64,000 nucleotides of DNA from an uncultured Roseivirgaceae bacterium (GTDB lineage Bacteria > Bacteroidota > Bacteroidia > Cytophagales > Cyclobacteriaceae), in assembly GCA_964551335.1 (NCBI GenBank), contig CAZKCO010000025.1, forward strand, positions 12,134-76,133. The letters run 5' to 3'. This document shows, in pieces, positions 18,032-27,967 of the stretch (its first letter is position 1; every line of letters begins with the position of its first letter). Both the position numbers and the translations under genes were made by a program. The notes under the pieces were generated by a model. That model was not told the DNA's origin, searched no databases, and saw only the letters and a list, made by a program, of their open reading frames with translations.

Positions 18032-19531
18032 CTACCTCAACGTGACTACCCCTTCACTAACTTCTTTCTCTTCTTGATCTAAAACATTCGTCAGTAACTG
18101 ATCTAATTCGCTAATTTTATCCTGGTAATCTGGATTAGCTGCCAAATTGACTTCTGCTACCACGGACTGGCTGTGATCGTATAGTTCTACCGCCACCACA
18201 CTATCCGGGTTTTCGAAATGCTGCCAACGGGTATACCGGAAATCTTTCGTCCGGATGCTGTAACCCATTATCTCTTTTTTTCGATCGTAGCCTAAGTTAG
18301 CCCCTCGGGGATACTGGCTCAAAGCAGCAATTTTCCCTTCCTCGTTAGGATCTTGCATCAGTGGCACAAAACTATCTCCCTGAAGGTGAGCCGGTAGTGG
18401 CAATCCAGCCAGTTCGCACAGTGAAGGGTAGATATCAACAAACTCCACTAAAGCAGATGACCGTGCTCTTTTCTGGGAAATGGACGGTGCCCTTACGATT
18501 AGCGGGACTCGAGTGTCTAGCTCAAAATTAGTATGCTTACACCAACTACCGTACTCACCCAGTTTCCAGCCGTGATCGCCCCACAATATCACCACGGTAT
18601 TATCAGCTAAGCCCAGATTGTCTAATTCGGTAAGCAAACGACCAATCTCAGCATCAACGTGACTTACGCAGGCATAGTAACCGTGTATCATGTTGCGGGC
18701 CTGTTCTTCTGAAAGCGGACCTTCGGCCGGAATACCGTGGTACTTTCGTAGTTCTCCAAACTGGTGAAGTGCTAGTTCCGGCATACCTTCGGGCTCGGCC
18801 AGATCAGGAATTTCAATATTCACAGGATTGTACATTTCCCAGAATTTCTTAGGAGCCACGAAGGGCAAATGGGGTTTTACGTAGCCCACCGCCAGGAAGA
18901 AGGGCGCCCCCTTCAGATTACTAAGTCGCTCGATGACTCGGTTGGTTGTACGGGTATCGATAAAATTACTGTCGGGAGCGGTAGAAGCCAGCCAGGGAAT
19001 TTTTTTCTCATAAATAGTCGGATACGATCCATTCACCCCCACAGTGTCGCCCGAATCAATGTAATCTACCGACGCCACCGGCCATTTAGGGATGCTCCAG
19101 GAAAGTGTATCGTCGTAATTACCGTGGCCGGTATGGTAGATTTTACCGACAGTTTCAGCACGGTAACCGTTATTTTTAAAGTGCTGCGGTAGGGTCACCA
19201 CATTCGGTACTTTAGTTCGGAAATTGGTATATAAATCGTAGATACCGATAGCATCCGGTCGCAATCCGGTCATCAGGCTGTTACGCGATGGTGCACACAC
19301 TGCCTGCTGACAGTATGCCCATTGGAAAAGGGTACCTTCCTGGGCCAATCGATCAATGTTGGGAGAAATGATCTCCGAATGCCCGTAGCAACCCAATTCC
19401 GGACGCAAATCATCTACAGCGATAAACAGAATGTTTGGTTTTTCAGTGGTTGAAGAAGTCTCCGCAGAATCCGATTTACACTGAACAAAGAGAATCAATC
19501 CGCAGAAAACCAACAATAGATTTAGTTTCAT
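18032..19531 (-). CDS. Family S1 sulfatase lipoprotein (iduronate-2-sulfatase-like)
   Basis: NILFIAVDDLRP, CAPSR formylglycine motif, GKIYH, KPHLPF, WGDHG; lipobox FVQC. Confidence 0.92.
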   Translation of the reverse strand: MKLNLLLVFCGLILFVQCKSDSAETSSTTEKPNILFIAVDDLRPELGCYGHSEIISPNIDRLAQEGTLFQWAYCQQAVCAPSRNSLMTGLRPDAIGIYDLYTNFRTKVPNVVTLPQHFKNNGYRAETVGKIYHTGHGNYDDTLSWSIPKWPVASVDYIDSGDTVGVNGSYPTIYEKKIPWLASTAPDSNFIDTRTTNRVIERLSNLKGAPFFLAVGYVKPHLPFVAPKKFWEMYNPVNIEIPDLAEPEGMPELALHQFGELRKYHGIPAEGPLSEEQARNMIHGYYACVSHVDAEIGRLLTELDNLGLADNTVVILWGDHGWKLGEYGSWCKHTNFELDTRVPLIVRAPSISQKRARSSALVEFVDIYPSLCELAGLPLPAHLQGDSFVPLMQDPNEEGKIAALSQYPRGANLGYDRKKEIMGYSIRTKDFRYTRWQHFENPDSVVAVELYDHSQSVVAEVNLAANPDYQDKISELDQLLTNVLDQEEKEVSEGVVTLR

Positions 19532-19583
19532 GGTCGTGTCATTAGAATTAATATAATAGGTCGTAGTCTTAAGTTAAATAAAT

Positions 19584-19591
19584 TAACTTTG
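19584..19591 (+). promoter_or_regulatory. Bacteroidota -7 promoter element (TAACTTTG)
   Basis: Matches TAnnTTTG, 35 bp upstream of the acyl-CoA dehydrogenase ATG. Confidence 0.55.
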
Positions 19592-19592
19592 G

Positions 19593-19608
19593 CAGCGTAA
19601 TTACGCTG
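19593..19608. promoter_or_regulatory. Perfect 16-bp palindrome, candidate operator
   Basis: CAGCGTAATTACGCTG starts 2 bp after the -7 element, i.e. over the expected transcription start. Confidence 0.5.
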
Positions 19609-19625
19609 ATTCTTATTGAGCCCCT

Positions 19626-20843
19626 ATGGATATTTTTTTCGCAGCAACTCAAATACAGAAACTTGTTGAGGATATAAAAGATTTTTTGAAGGAGCAGGTT
19701 CTCCCCCTCGAGCCCCAATTACTACAGACTTCCTTTCGAGAAAATCTTCCTCTTCTTCATAGGCTTCGCCAAGAAGTGAAGCAAAAAGGCTGGTGGGCCC
19801 CTCCTCTGCCAAAAAATCAAGGGGGAATGGGACTGTCCCTCACTGACTTTGCCCACCTAAGTGAAGCCTTAGGCACCACTCCCTTTGGTCACTATCTTTT
19901 CAACTGTCAGGCTCCGGATATTGGAAACATGGAGCTGCTGCTGCATTACGCCTCCGCTGAATTACAACAGCAATTTGCCCTTCCGCTGATCAAGGGCGAA
20001 ATCCGAAGCTGCTTTTCTATGACCGAACCCGAATACGCCGGCTCTAACCCTACTATGCTTTCCACCAGGGCAGTTCGTGATGGTAATGAATACGTGATTA
20101 ATGGCCATAAGTGGTTTACCTCTTCGGCCGATGGAGCAAGCTTTGCTATTGTGATGGCAGTTACCAATCCGGACGAAGAAAACCGCTACCGAAAAGCCAG
20201 TATGATTGTAGTACCTACCGATACCCCAGGCTTCCGGCTAGCCCGTAATATTTCTATTATGGGTGAAGAAGGCAGTGACTACGCCAGTCATTCGGAAGTT
20301 TACTACGAAGATTGCCGGGTTCCAATTTCCAACCTTATTGGTCAGGAAGGCGAAGGATTTGCACTCGCCCAGCAGCGATTAGGGCCCGGTCGTATTCACC
20401 ACTGTATGCGCTGGATTGGCATTTGTGAACGGGCGTTTGATCTGATGTGCCGCCGGGCCGCGGAGCGAAAGATTTCCTCAACTACTTACCTGGGGCATCA
20501 GCAGTTTGTGCAGCAGTGGATAGCCGAAAGCCGGGCCGAAATTGATGCTGCTCGCCTGATGGTGTTAAAAACAGCTCAGGGTATTGATCAGCAGGGATCA
20601 AAAGCTGTTCGTAACGATATTTCAGCAATTAAATTTTTTGTAGCAGACGTTTTGCATAAAGTGCTCGATAGAGCCATCCAGGTGCACGGGGCACTGGGTA
20701 TTACCGACGATTTACCGCTAGCCTATTGGTACCGGCACGAACGCGGAGCGCGAATCTACGATGGTCCTGATGAAGTACACAAAGCCTCTCTGGCCCGTCA
20801 GATACTCAAAAAGTACGGACTTAAAACCCAAAATAATGATTGA
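19626..20843 (+). CDS. Acyl-CoA dehydrogenase (ACAD10/11 C-terminal / LvaC-like)
   Basis: FNCQAPDIGNME, RSCFSMTEP, INGHKWFTS, RLGPGRIHHCMR, RIYDGPDEVH. Confidence 0.92.
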   Translation: MDIFFAATQIQKLVEDIKDFLKEQVLPLEPQLLQTSFRENLPLLHRLRQEVKQKGWWAPPLPKNQGGMGLSLTDFAHLSEALGTTPFGHYLFNCQAPDIGNMELLLHYASAELQQQFALPLIKGEIRSCFSMTEPEYAGSNPTMLSTRAVRDGNEYVINGHKWFTSSADGASFAIVMAVTNPDEENRYRKASMIVVPTDTPGFRLARNISIMGEEGSDYASHSEVYYEDCRVPISNLIGQEGEGFALAQQRLGPGRIHHCMRWIGICERAFDLMCRRAAERKISSTTYLGHQQFVQQWIAESRAEIDAARLMVLKTAQGIDQQGSKAVRNDISAIKFFVADVLHKVLDRAIQVHGALGITDDLPLAYWYRHERGARIYDGPDEVHKASLARQILKKYGLKTQNND

Positions 20844-21900
20844 TCAACCAACGCAGGTTCGCCCTGGAGAAGACCTGGATAAAGGCCAGTTAACCAGCTA
20901 CCTGAAAGAAAAGCTGGGCAATCAGACTGAGTTATTAGAGGTAAGGCAATTCCCCAGTGGTTTTTCTAACCTTACTTATTTGCTACGGACCCACGACCAG
21001 GAATATGTGCTCCGGCGCCCTCCCTTCGGAGCCAATATCAAATCTGCCCATGATATGGGCCGAGAGTACCGAGTGTTGGAAGCACTAGCGGGAGTATATA
21101 CCAAAATTCCCCGGCCGATACTATTCTGTGAAGATGCATCGATGATTGGCAGCCCGTTTTATTTAATGGAGCGAGTGCAAGGAGTTATTCTTCGAAACCA
21201 ACTACCCGAAGGAATCAAAATGACTGCGAACGATTGGCAGCAGTTATCGGAAGCTGCCATTGACCAGTTAGCCACGCTACACCGGATAGACATACAGCAG
21301 ACCGGGTTAGAAGAATTGGGGAAGCCCAATGGATACGTTGAACGTCAAATAAGCGGTTGGATTGAACGCTACCGTAAAGCCGAAACTGACTATATTCTGG
21401 CTATGAATTTCCTGGCAGATTGGCTACCGGATCATCAGCCTCCCTCATCGCCTACAGCTTTTATTCACAACGATTACAAGTACGATAATTTGGTACTCAA
21501 CCCGAGGCAAATCACCAATATTTTAGCGGTTTTGGACTGGGAAATGGCTACTGTCGGAGATCCTTTTATGGATTTAGGCACCACCCTCGGCTACTGGGCT
21601 GAGCCTGCTGATCCCAAGCCGCTCCGCCAATTTGGACTCACGTCTCAACCGGGCAATTTGAATCGAGCTCAACTTTGGGAACGTTATATTCAAAAGACTG
21701 GACTACAGACCGAGCACTCAGTGTTTTACTTTGCGTTTGCTTCCTTTAAGATTGGGGTAATTGCCCAGCAAATCTACGCCCGATTTAAACAAGGCTACAC
21801 CCAAGACCCTCGTTTTGCCGGACTTATCTACGTAGTACAGGCCTGCGCTGAAAATGGTCAGCAAGCCGTGAAACAACAAAAAATCAGCGGTTTGTACTAG
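20836..21900 (+). CDS. APH-family phosphotransferase (ACAD10/11 kinase-domain / LvaA-like)
   Basis: QFPSGFSNLTY, LRRPP, AHDMGREY, FYLMERVQG, HNDYKYDN, LDWEMAT.GDP. Start ATG 20836 overlaps the ACAD end. Confidence 0.9.
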   Translation: MIDQPTQVRPGEDLDKGQLTSYLKEKLGNQTELLEVRQFPSGFSNLTYLLRTHDQEYVLRRPPFGANIKSAHDMGREYRVLEALAGVYTKIPRPILFCEDASMIGSPFYLMERVQGVILRNQLPEGIKMTANDWQQLSEAAIDQLATLHRIDIQQTGLEELGKPNGYVERQISGWIERYRKAETDYILAMNFLADWLPDHQPPSSPTAFIHNDYKYDNLVLNPRQITNILAVLDWEMATVGDPFMDLGTTLGYWAEPADPKPLRQFGLTSQPGNLNRAQLWERYIQKTGLQTEHSVFYFAFASFKIGVIAQQIYARFKQGYTQDPRFAGLIYVVQACAENGQQAVKQQKISGLY

Positions 21901-21962
21901 GCTGCATTTGCTTCCATACTTTTCGCTTTTTTCTTTATCTTCAAGGTTCTGAATCTTACAAT

Positions 21963-24119
21963 ATGCCCGCACAAGTTTCTTCTGACCAACTGCTACAAAC
22001 GCTAAAAAAATATTTCGGCTACACCGCCTTCCGCAAAAATCAGGAGCAGATCATCAACACCATTATGGCGGGACAAGATGCGCTAGTGCTGATGCCTACC
22101 GGAGGCGGGAAATCACTCTGCTATCAGATTCCTGCTTTGCTCTCCGAAGGGGTAACACTGGTTGTTTCGCCACTGATTTCGCTGATGAAGGATCAGGTGG
22201 ATGCTTTGCGAGTCAACGGAATTGCCGCGGCCTATCTGAATTCTTCGTTAAGCTCCGACGAGCAAACCTACGTATTCCGCCAGCTGAAGGCAGGAGAACT
22301 TAAACTGCTTTACCTGGCTCCGGAACGGTTAATAGGTAACGAAAACCGTTTTATTGATTTCTTAAAAAGCATCAATATTTCGCTATTGGCTATTGACGAA
22401 GCCCACTGTATTTCCCAGTGGGGGCACGACTTCCGTCCCGAATACCGGATGCTGGCAGAAGTAAAAAAAGCCTTGAACAATGTACCTACCATTGCCCTGA
22501 CTGCTACCGCCGACCCCATCACCCAGAAGGACATCCTGGATAAACTACAGTTCGCTGACCCTAAAGTATTTATTTCCAGCTTCAACCGGGAAAATATTCA
22601 CTACCGCGTAGCCCCCAAGCGACAGAGCTATGGCCAACTACTTGATTTTCTGGCTGAACGACGCGATCAATCAGGCATCATCTACGTGCTGTCACGGGCC
22701 TCCACCGAAGATTTGGCCGAGCGGTTGACCCAGGATGGCTTCCCTGCCAAACCCTACCACGCTAAGCTGGAGAGTAACGTAAAGGAAAAACATCAAGAGG
22801 AATTTCTCCGGGACGAAACCCCCATCATTGTAGCTACGGTTGCCTTCGGAATGGGTATCAACAAATCAAATGTACGATACGTAGTGCATATGGATTTACC
22901 CAAAAATATTGAAGGATACTATCAGGAAACCGGCCGAGCTGGCCGCGACGGTCTGAAGAGCGAGGCGTTGTTATTTTACAGCTATGCCGATGTAATCAAG
23001 CTTCAGGGATTTGTAGAGGTTGAAGGTAATGATACTCAAAGCAAAATTCTGCGAGAAAAACTCCAGCAGATGGCGGTCTACGGTGACTTACGCACCTGCC
23101 GCCGAAAATTTCTACTAAACTATTTTGGAGAAGAAGCCCCGGACAACTGCGGGAATTGCGATGTCTGCCTTCACGAATATAAAACCTTCGACGGAACCGT
23201 ATTGGCCCAAAAGGCCCTTTCGGCGGTAGCACGGTTAGAAGAACGGTTCGGAGTGGGTTACGTAATTGATTTTCTGCGAGGATCAAAATCTCAAAAAATA
23301 TGGGATCAACATAAAGCGTTGAAGACCTACGGAGCCGGCGCGGAAGTTAGCAAGAAAGACTGGCATCGCTACATCAATGACCTGCTACAGTTGGGGTACC
23401 TGCAAAAGTCTACCGATCAGTTTTCTACGTTGCAGCTCACCGAAAAAAGCTGGTCGGTACTTAAAGGTCAGGAACAGGTTATGCTGGTAGAAGTAGTAGA
23501 ACCGACCGAAGTTGTTGGATCAACTACTGATGAGACCATAGAGACTGCGCTAGTTAACCAGCTAAAAATTCTCCGAAGGCGGTTGGCGCAGGAAGAAAAC
23601 GTACCGGCTTACGTCATTTTCTCAGATGCCACGCTACAGGAATTGGCTACGTACCTTCCAACTCAACCAAACGATTTAAGAAAAATCAGTGGCTTTGGTG
23701 AAGTAAAAATTACGAAGTACGGTGAAGCTTTTCTGGATGAAATCAATCAGTACTGCATCGAGAATGACGTAGAATCACGTATGTCTGGATTGCGGCGAAA
23801 GTCTAGAAACAAGCGTTCAGTCCAAAGAAAGACAGATACCAAGCAGACAACTTTCGATTATTATCAACAAGGAAAATCAATTTACCAAATTGCTAAAATC
23901 CGCAATCTAAGCGCTACTACAATCTACAACCACCTGGCTCACTACGTGCAAACCGGGGCTATACCCATCTCTGATTTGGTTGATCCCGAAAAGGTAACCA
24001 AGATTGAAGATGCTATTTACGTGCACGGTGATGCTGCCCTAAAACCTCTTAAAGATTCACTGGACGATAGCATTTCTTATGATGAGATTCGGCTAGTTAT
24101 CGGACATTGCCAGAGGTGA
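21963..24119 (+). CDS. recQ: ATP-dependent DNA helicase RecQ
   Basis: MPTGGGKS, DEAHC, ATVAFGMG, YYQETGRAGRDG, Zn-binding CRR...CGNCD, RQC, HRDC, C-terminal HTH. Confidence 0.96.
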   Translation: MPAQVSSDQLLQTLKKYFGYTAFRKNQEQIINTIMAGQDALVLMPTGGGKSLCYQIPALLSEGVTLVVSPLISLMKDQVDALRVNGIAAAYLNSSLSSDEQTYVFRQLKAGELKLLYLAPERLIGNENRFIDFLKSINISLLAIDEAHCISQWGHDFRPEYRMLAEVKKALNNVPTIALTATADPITQKDILDKLQFADPKVFISSFNRENIHYRVAPKRQSYGQLLDFLAERRDQSGIIYVLSRASTEDLAERLTQDGFPAKPYHAKLESNVKEKHQEEFLRDETPIIVATVAFGMGINKSNVRYVVHMDLPKNIEGYYQETGRAGRDGLKSEALLFYSYADVIKLQGFVEVEGNDTQSKILREKLQQMAVYGDLRTCRRKFLLNYFGEEAPDNCGNCDVCLHEYKTFDGTVLAQKALSAVARLEERFGVGYVIDFLRGSKSQKIWDQHKALKTYGAGAEVSKKDWHRYINDLLQLGYLQKSTDQFSTLQLTEKSWSVLKGQEQVMLVEVVEPTEVVGSTTDETIETALVNQLKILRRRLAQEENVPAYVIFSDATLQELATYLPTQPNDLRKISGFGEVKITKYGEAFLDEINQYCIENDVESRMSGLRRKSRNKRSVQRKTDTKQTTFDYYQQGKSIYQIAKIRNLSATTIYNHLAHYVQTGAIPISDLVDPEKVTKIEDAIYVHGDAALKPLKDSLDDSISYDEIRLVIGHCQR

Positions 24120-24181
24120 AATTGATTGAAAAAGCTCTTAGGTGATTGATAGTTTGCCGTTATCTAATATGAAACATCAAC

Positions 24182-27100
24182 TCATTCCAACTCCACTACC
24201 AGATCATCCTGCTCTACCATCGCTCCAGCCTCCAGATATACTTTCTTCACCTGACCGTTCCGGGGGGCGGAAATAGTGGTTTCCATCTTCATAGCTTCAA
24301 TTACAAACAGAGGAGTGCCTTCTTCTACTTCCTGTCCCGATTCGGCAATTACCTGGGCTAAACGGCCTTGAAGTGGTGCTCCTACTTCGTTTTCGTTCGC
24401 TTTGTCCACCTTTTGATGTGCCGCCACCTTCACCGCCAGGTTGTTATCCTTCACCCGTACTCGGCGCGATTGCCCGTTTAGTTCAAAAGTGACTTGCCGA
24501 AAGCCGTTCTCGTCAGGTTCGGCAATGAAGAGTAGCTTGATAATAATAACCTTGCCTTCGGCAATATTTACCAGTACTTCCTCGCCGTTCTTAAGCCCAT
24601 AAAAAAAGGCCGGAGTGGGCAGTGCCGACATATCGCCGTATACCTTCTGGTGGTTGTAAAAATCTTCGTAAACTTTGGGATACAGCCGATAGGATAAGAA
24701 ATCCAGGATGGTTCGATCCTTATCAAACCGCTCCTGAAACTCCTTGAACTCTTCGTCAAAATCGATGGGAGCTAAATGTTCATTGGGACGCCCGGTGATT
24801 GGTTTTTCATTTTTGAGTACCACCTTCTGCACCTTCTCCGGAAATCCGCCGTAGGGTTGACCCAGTTCGCCTTTAAACAAACTTACGACCGACTCCGGGA
24901 AAGATAACGAGCTTCCACCTTCGCGGTCGTTATTCAACAAAATATCGCCGATGGTCAGGTTATTGGAAGTCATGTACAGCGCCATATCCCCTACTACCTT
25001 GGATGATGGAGTTACCTTGACTATATCCCCGAAGAGTTGATTAACCTTAGCGTAGTTCTTCTTAATCAACTCAAACTTATCCTCCAGACCCAGCGCTGTA
25101 GCCTGAGGGCGAAGATTAGAATACTGCCCGCCGGGAATTTCATGATCGTATACTTCAGCGGTTCCCGCTTTCAGACCTGACTCAAACGGATAATAATACT
25201 CTCGCACCCCTTCCCAATAGACAGAATATTCATTTAGTGAATCCAGATCAAATTTCTGCTCCCGCTCATGCCCCTTCAGCATAGCCACCACACTATTAAA
25301 GTTGGGCTGAGAGGTTAAACCAGACATGGCTCCGATGGCTACGTCAATGACATCCACTCCGGCTTCAATGGCCTTCATATAGGTGGCTGGTTGCACCGAT
25401 GAGGTGTCGTGGGTATGGAGATGAATAGGTATGTCTACGGCCTTTTTCAGTTCGCTAACCAACTGCTGAGCAGCGAGTGGTTTTAGCAACCCGGCCATAT
25501 CTTTGATGGCCAAAATATGAGCCCCCTCGTCCTCTAATTGGCGGGCCATATCGAGGTAGTACTGTAAGGTATACTTCTTATTATCAGGGCTTTGGAGGTC
25601 GCCGGTGTAGCAGATAGCGGCTTCAGCCAGTGCCTCCGTACGTTCTATAACGGTTCGGATGCTCACTTTCATAGCCTCTACCCAGTTGAGGGAATCAAAG
25701 ATGCGGAAGACATCGATACCAGTCTCCCAGGCTTTCTCAATAAATTTTTCAATCAGATTATCGGGATAAGCTTTATAGCCAACTGCATTGGAGCCCCGCA
25801 GTAACATTTGCAGCAAAATATTAGGAATTGCTTCCCGAAACTGGGCCAGTCGCTCCCAGGGGTCCTCGTACAAGAAACGCATAGATACATCGAAGGTAGC
25901 ACCACCCCACACCTCCATAGAAAATACTTGCGGATGATGCTTGGCAAAGCTCTCAGCAACCCGCATCATATCAATGGTGCGCATTCGAGTAGCTAGCAGT
26001 GATTGATGAGCATCCCGGAAGGTAGTATCAGTAAATTGAACCGGTTTCTCCTTCTTTAGCCAGTCGACAAATTTCTCACGACCCAGTTCACTCAGAAGGT
26101 CTTTACTCCCCTTAGGATACGGAACAAACTGATAATTAATTTCCGCGTTAGTCTTCTCCTCCCGCATGGTTTGAGTGGGTAAAATCAGCGGTCGAAAGTG
26201 CTTGTTAGGATCTACAAACCGGATATTGGGGTTGCCATTTACCGTTACATCGGCCACGTACATTAAGGTTCGGGTAGCTCGATCCAGCCCCTCCCGAATA
26301 TCAAAAAGTTCGGGATGATCGCCAATAAAATTAACGGTTGCTTTGCCCCGGTAGAAGGTAGGATGGGAAATCACATTAATCAGGAAACCAATATTAGTCT
26401 TCACTCCTCTAATCCGGAATTCCCGGAGGGTTCGCTGTAGTCGCTGAGAAGCACCCTTGAGCGTTCGGCCAGTCGCCGTCACCTTCACCAGCATGGAATC
26501 GAAGAAGGGGGAAATCTTTACTCCGGGATAAGAACTGCCTTCGTCCAGACGAATGCCAAATCCACCGGCATTGCGGTAGGCGATGATAGTTCCGTAGTCG
26601 GGGCGAAAATTGTTTTTTGGATCTTCGGTGGTGACTCGGCATTGCACGGCAAACCCGTGGTACTGAACGTCTTCCTGCTTTTTGATGAAGATACGGGGGT
26701 CAGCCAGCTTACGCCCCTGGGCAATCAGAATTTGGGAACGAACGATGTCAATCCCCGTGATTTGCTCGGTAATGGTATGCTCTACCTGGATACGAGGGTT
26801 TACCTCAATAAAGTAGATTTGCTCCTGCCGATCTACCAGAAATTCGACAGTGCCCACATTATTGTAATTTACGTGCCTGGCAATGCGCAGGGCGTATTCG
26901 TAAAGTTGATCTTTAGTTTGCTGTTTAAGGTTGGCTGATGGAGCCACTTCTACTACCTTTTGGAAGCGTCGCTGCACTGAGCAATCACGCTCAAAGAGAT
27001 GGACGATATTGCCGTAATTATCGCCCATAATCTGAATCTCGATGTGCTTGGGCTGCTCTATGAACTTTTCCAAAAAAACGGTGTCGTCTCCGAAGGCTTT

Positions 27101-27688
27101 CTGAGCTTCATTTTTCGCTTCAGTGTAGGCCTGCTTCAAGCTTTCTTTATTTCGCACTACCCGCATTCCTCGGCCACCACCACCCGCTGCCGCTTTAACC
27201 ATCACCGGAAAGCCTATTCGTTCAGCTTCCTCCGCAGCTATTTCAAAACTATCGAGAGCTTGTTGACTATCCTGGATAACGGGAACTTCAGCTGCGACGG
27301 CAATCTCCTTGGCCGAGACTTTGTCGCCCAGTTTTTGCATCACCTCGGGCTCAGGGCCCACGAAGATGATTCCTTCCTCCTTACATCGGCGCACAAAGCG
27401 GACATTCTCCGAAAGAAAACCGTAGCCGGGATGAATAGCGTCTATACCCTGTCGTTTAGCGAGCAGTATAATCGCCTCAATGTCCAAGTAGGGCTTAAGC
27501 GGTTCGGTATCTTCACCAATCTGGTAGGCTTCATCAGCTTTATAGCGGTGCAATGAATAGCGATCTTCGTAGGTGTAGAGAGCAACAGTACGAATCCGAA
27601 GTTCGGATGCAGCCCGAAGTATGCGTATAGCAATCTCGCCTCGGTTAGCTACTAGTAATTTATTGATGGGAGTGATTGAGTCGGCCAT
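24182..27688 (-). CDS. pyc: Pyruvate carboxylase
   Basis: ANRGEIA, GGGGRGMR, RDCSVQRR, RDAHQS, WGGATFD, HLHTHD, EAMKM biotin site. Confidence 0.97.
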   Translation of the reverse strand: MADSITPINKLLVANRGEIAIRILRAASELRIRTVALYTYEDRYSLHRYKADEAYQIGEDTEPLKPYLDIEAIILLAKRQGIDAIHPGYGFLSENVRFVRRCKEEGIIFVGPEPEVMQKLGDKVSAKEIAVAAEVPVIQDSQQALDSFEIAAEEAERIGFPVMVKAAAGGGGRGMRVVRNKESLKQAYTEAKNEAQKAFGDDTVFLEKFIEQPKHIEIQIMGDNYGNIVHLFERDCSVQRRFQKVVEVAPSANLKQQTKDQLYEYALRIARHVNYNNVGTVEFLVDRQEQIYFIEVNPRIQVEHTITEQITGIDIVRSQILIAQGRKLADPRIFIKKQEDVQYHGFAVQCRVTTEDPKNNFRPDYGTIIAYRNAGGFGIRLDEGSSYPGVKISPFFDSMLVKVTATGRTLKGASQRLQRTLREFRIRGVKTNIGFLINVISHPTFYRGKATVNFIGDHPELFDIREGLDRATRTLMYVADVTVNGNPNIRFVDPNKHFRPLILPTQTMREEKTNAEINYQFVPYPKGSKDLLSELGREKFVDWLKKEKPVQFTDTTFRDAHQSLLATRMRTIDMMRVAESFAKHHPQVFSMEVWGGATFDVSMRFLYEDPWERLAQFREAIPNILLQMLLRGSNAVGYKAYPDNLIEKFIEKAWETGIDVFRIFDSLNWVEAMKVSIRTVIERTEALAEAAICYTGDLQSPDNKKYTLQYYLDMARQLEDEGAHILAIKDMAGLLKPLAAQQLVSELKKAVDIPIHLHTHDTSSVQPATYMKAIEAGVDVIDVAIGAMSGLTSQPNFNSVVAMLKGHEREQKFDLDSLNEYSVYWEGVREYYYPFESGLKAGTAEVYDHEIPGGQYSNLRPQATALGLEDKFELIKKNYAKVNQLFGDIVKVTPSSKVVGDMALYMTSNNLTIGDILLNNDREGGSSLSFPESVVSLFKGELGQPYGGFPEKVQKVVLKNEKPITGRPNEHLAPIDFDEEFKEFQERFDKDRTILDFLSYRLYPKVYEDFYNHQKVYGDMSALPTPAFFYGLKNGEEVLVNIAEGKVIIIKLLFIAEPDENGFRQVTFELNGQSRRVRVKDNNLAVKVAAHQKVDKANENEVGAPLQGRLAQVIAESGQEVEEGTPLFVIEAMKMETTISAPRNGQVKKVYLEAGAMVEQDDLVVELE

Positions 27689-27935
27689 AAAAAATAGATT
27701 AGGGTATTAAGCGGGAAATTAGAAAATTATTAGCGATTAGCGTAATTTCCTTAAAATTTGAGAATAAAAGCTAACTTCCTAATTTCGGGGAAAAGTTATC
27801 GTATAAGTCGAGAATAATTACTGATTTCAGGAATTTTTAGCATTAATCCGAACGTTTACATTCTGAAGTATGAAAATTCGCTATTTGTATTGATTATAAA
27901 TTTAGTTAGTAGTTTACTAATCCATAATTAGCATT

Positions 27936-27943
27936 TATCTTTG
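27936..27943 (+). promoter_or_regulatory. Bacteroidota -7 promoter element (TATCTTTG)
   Basis: Matches TAnnTTTG, 25 bp upstream of hemA. Confidence 0.55.
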
Positions 27944-27967
27944 TGTGTCGACATTTTTGTCTAACTC

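Noticed and set aside
26110-26200. Short insertion in pyruvate carboxylase between the BC and CT domains
   Set aside because: About a dozen residues in a variable linker; no intein or intron signature and the frame is intact.
26999-27556. 185-aa + strand ORF
   Set aside because: Antisense shadow within pyruvate carboxylase.
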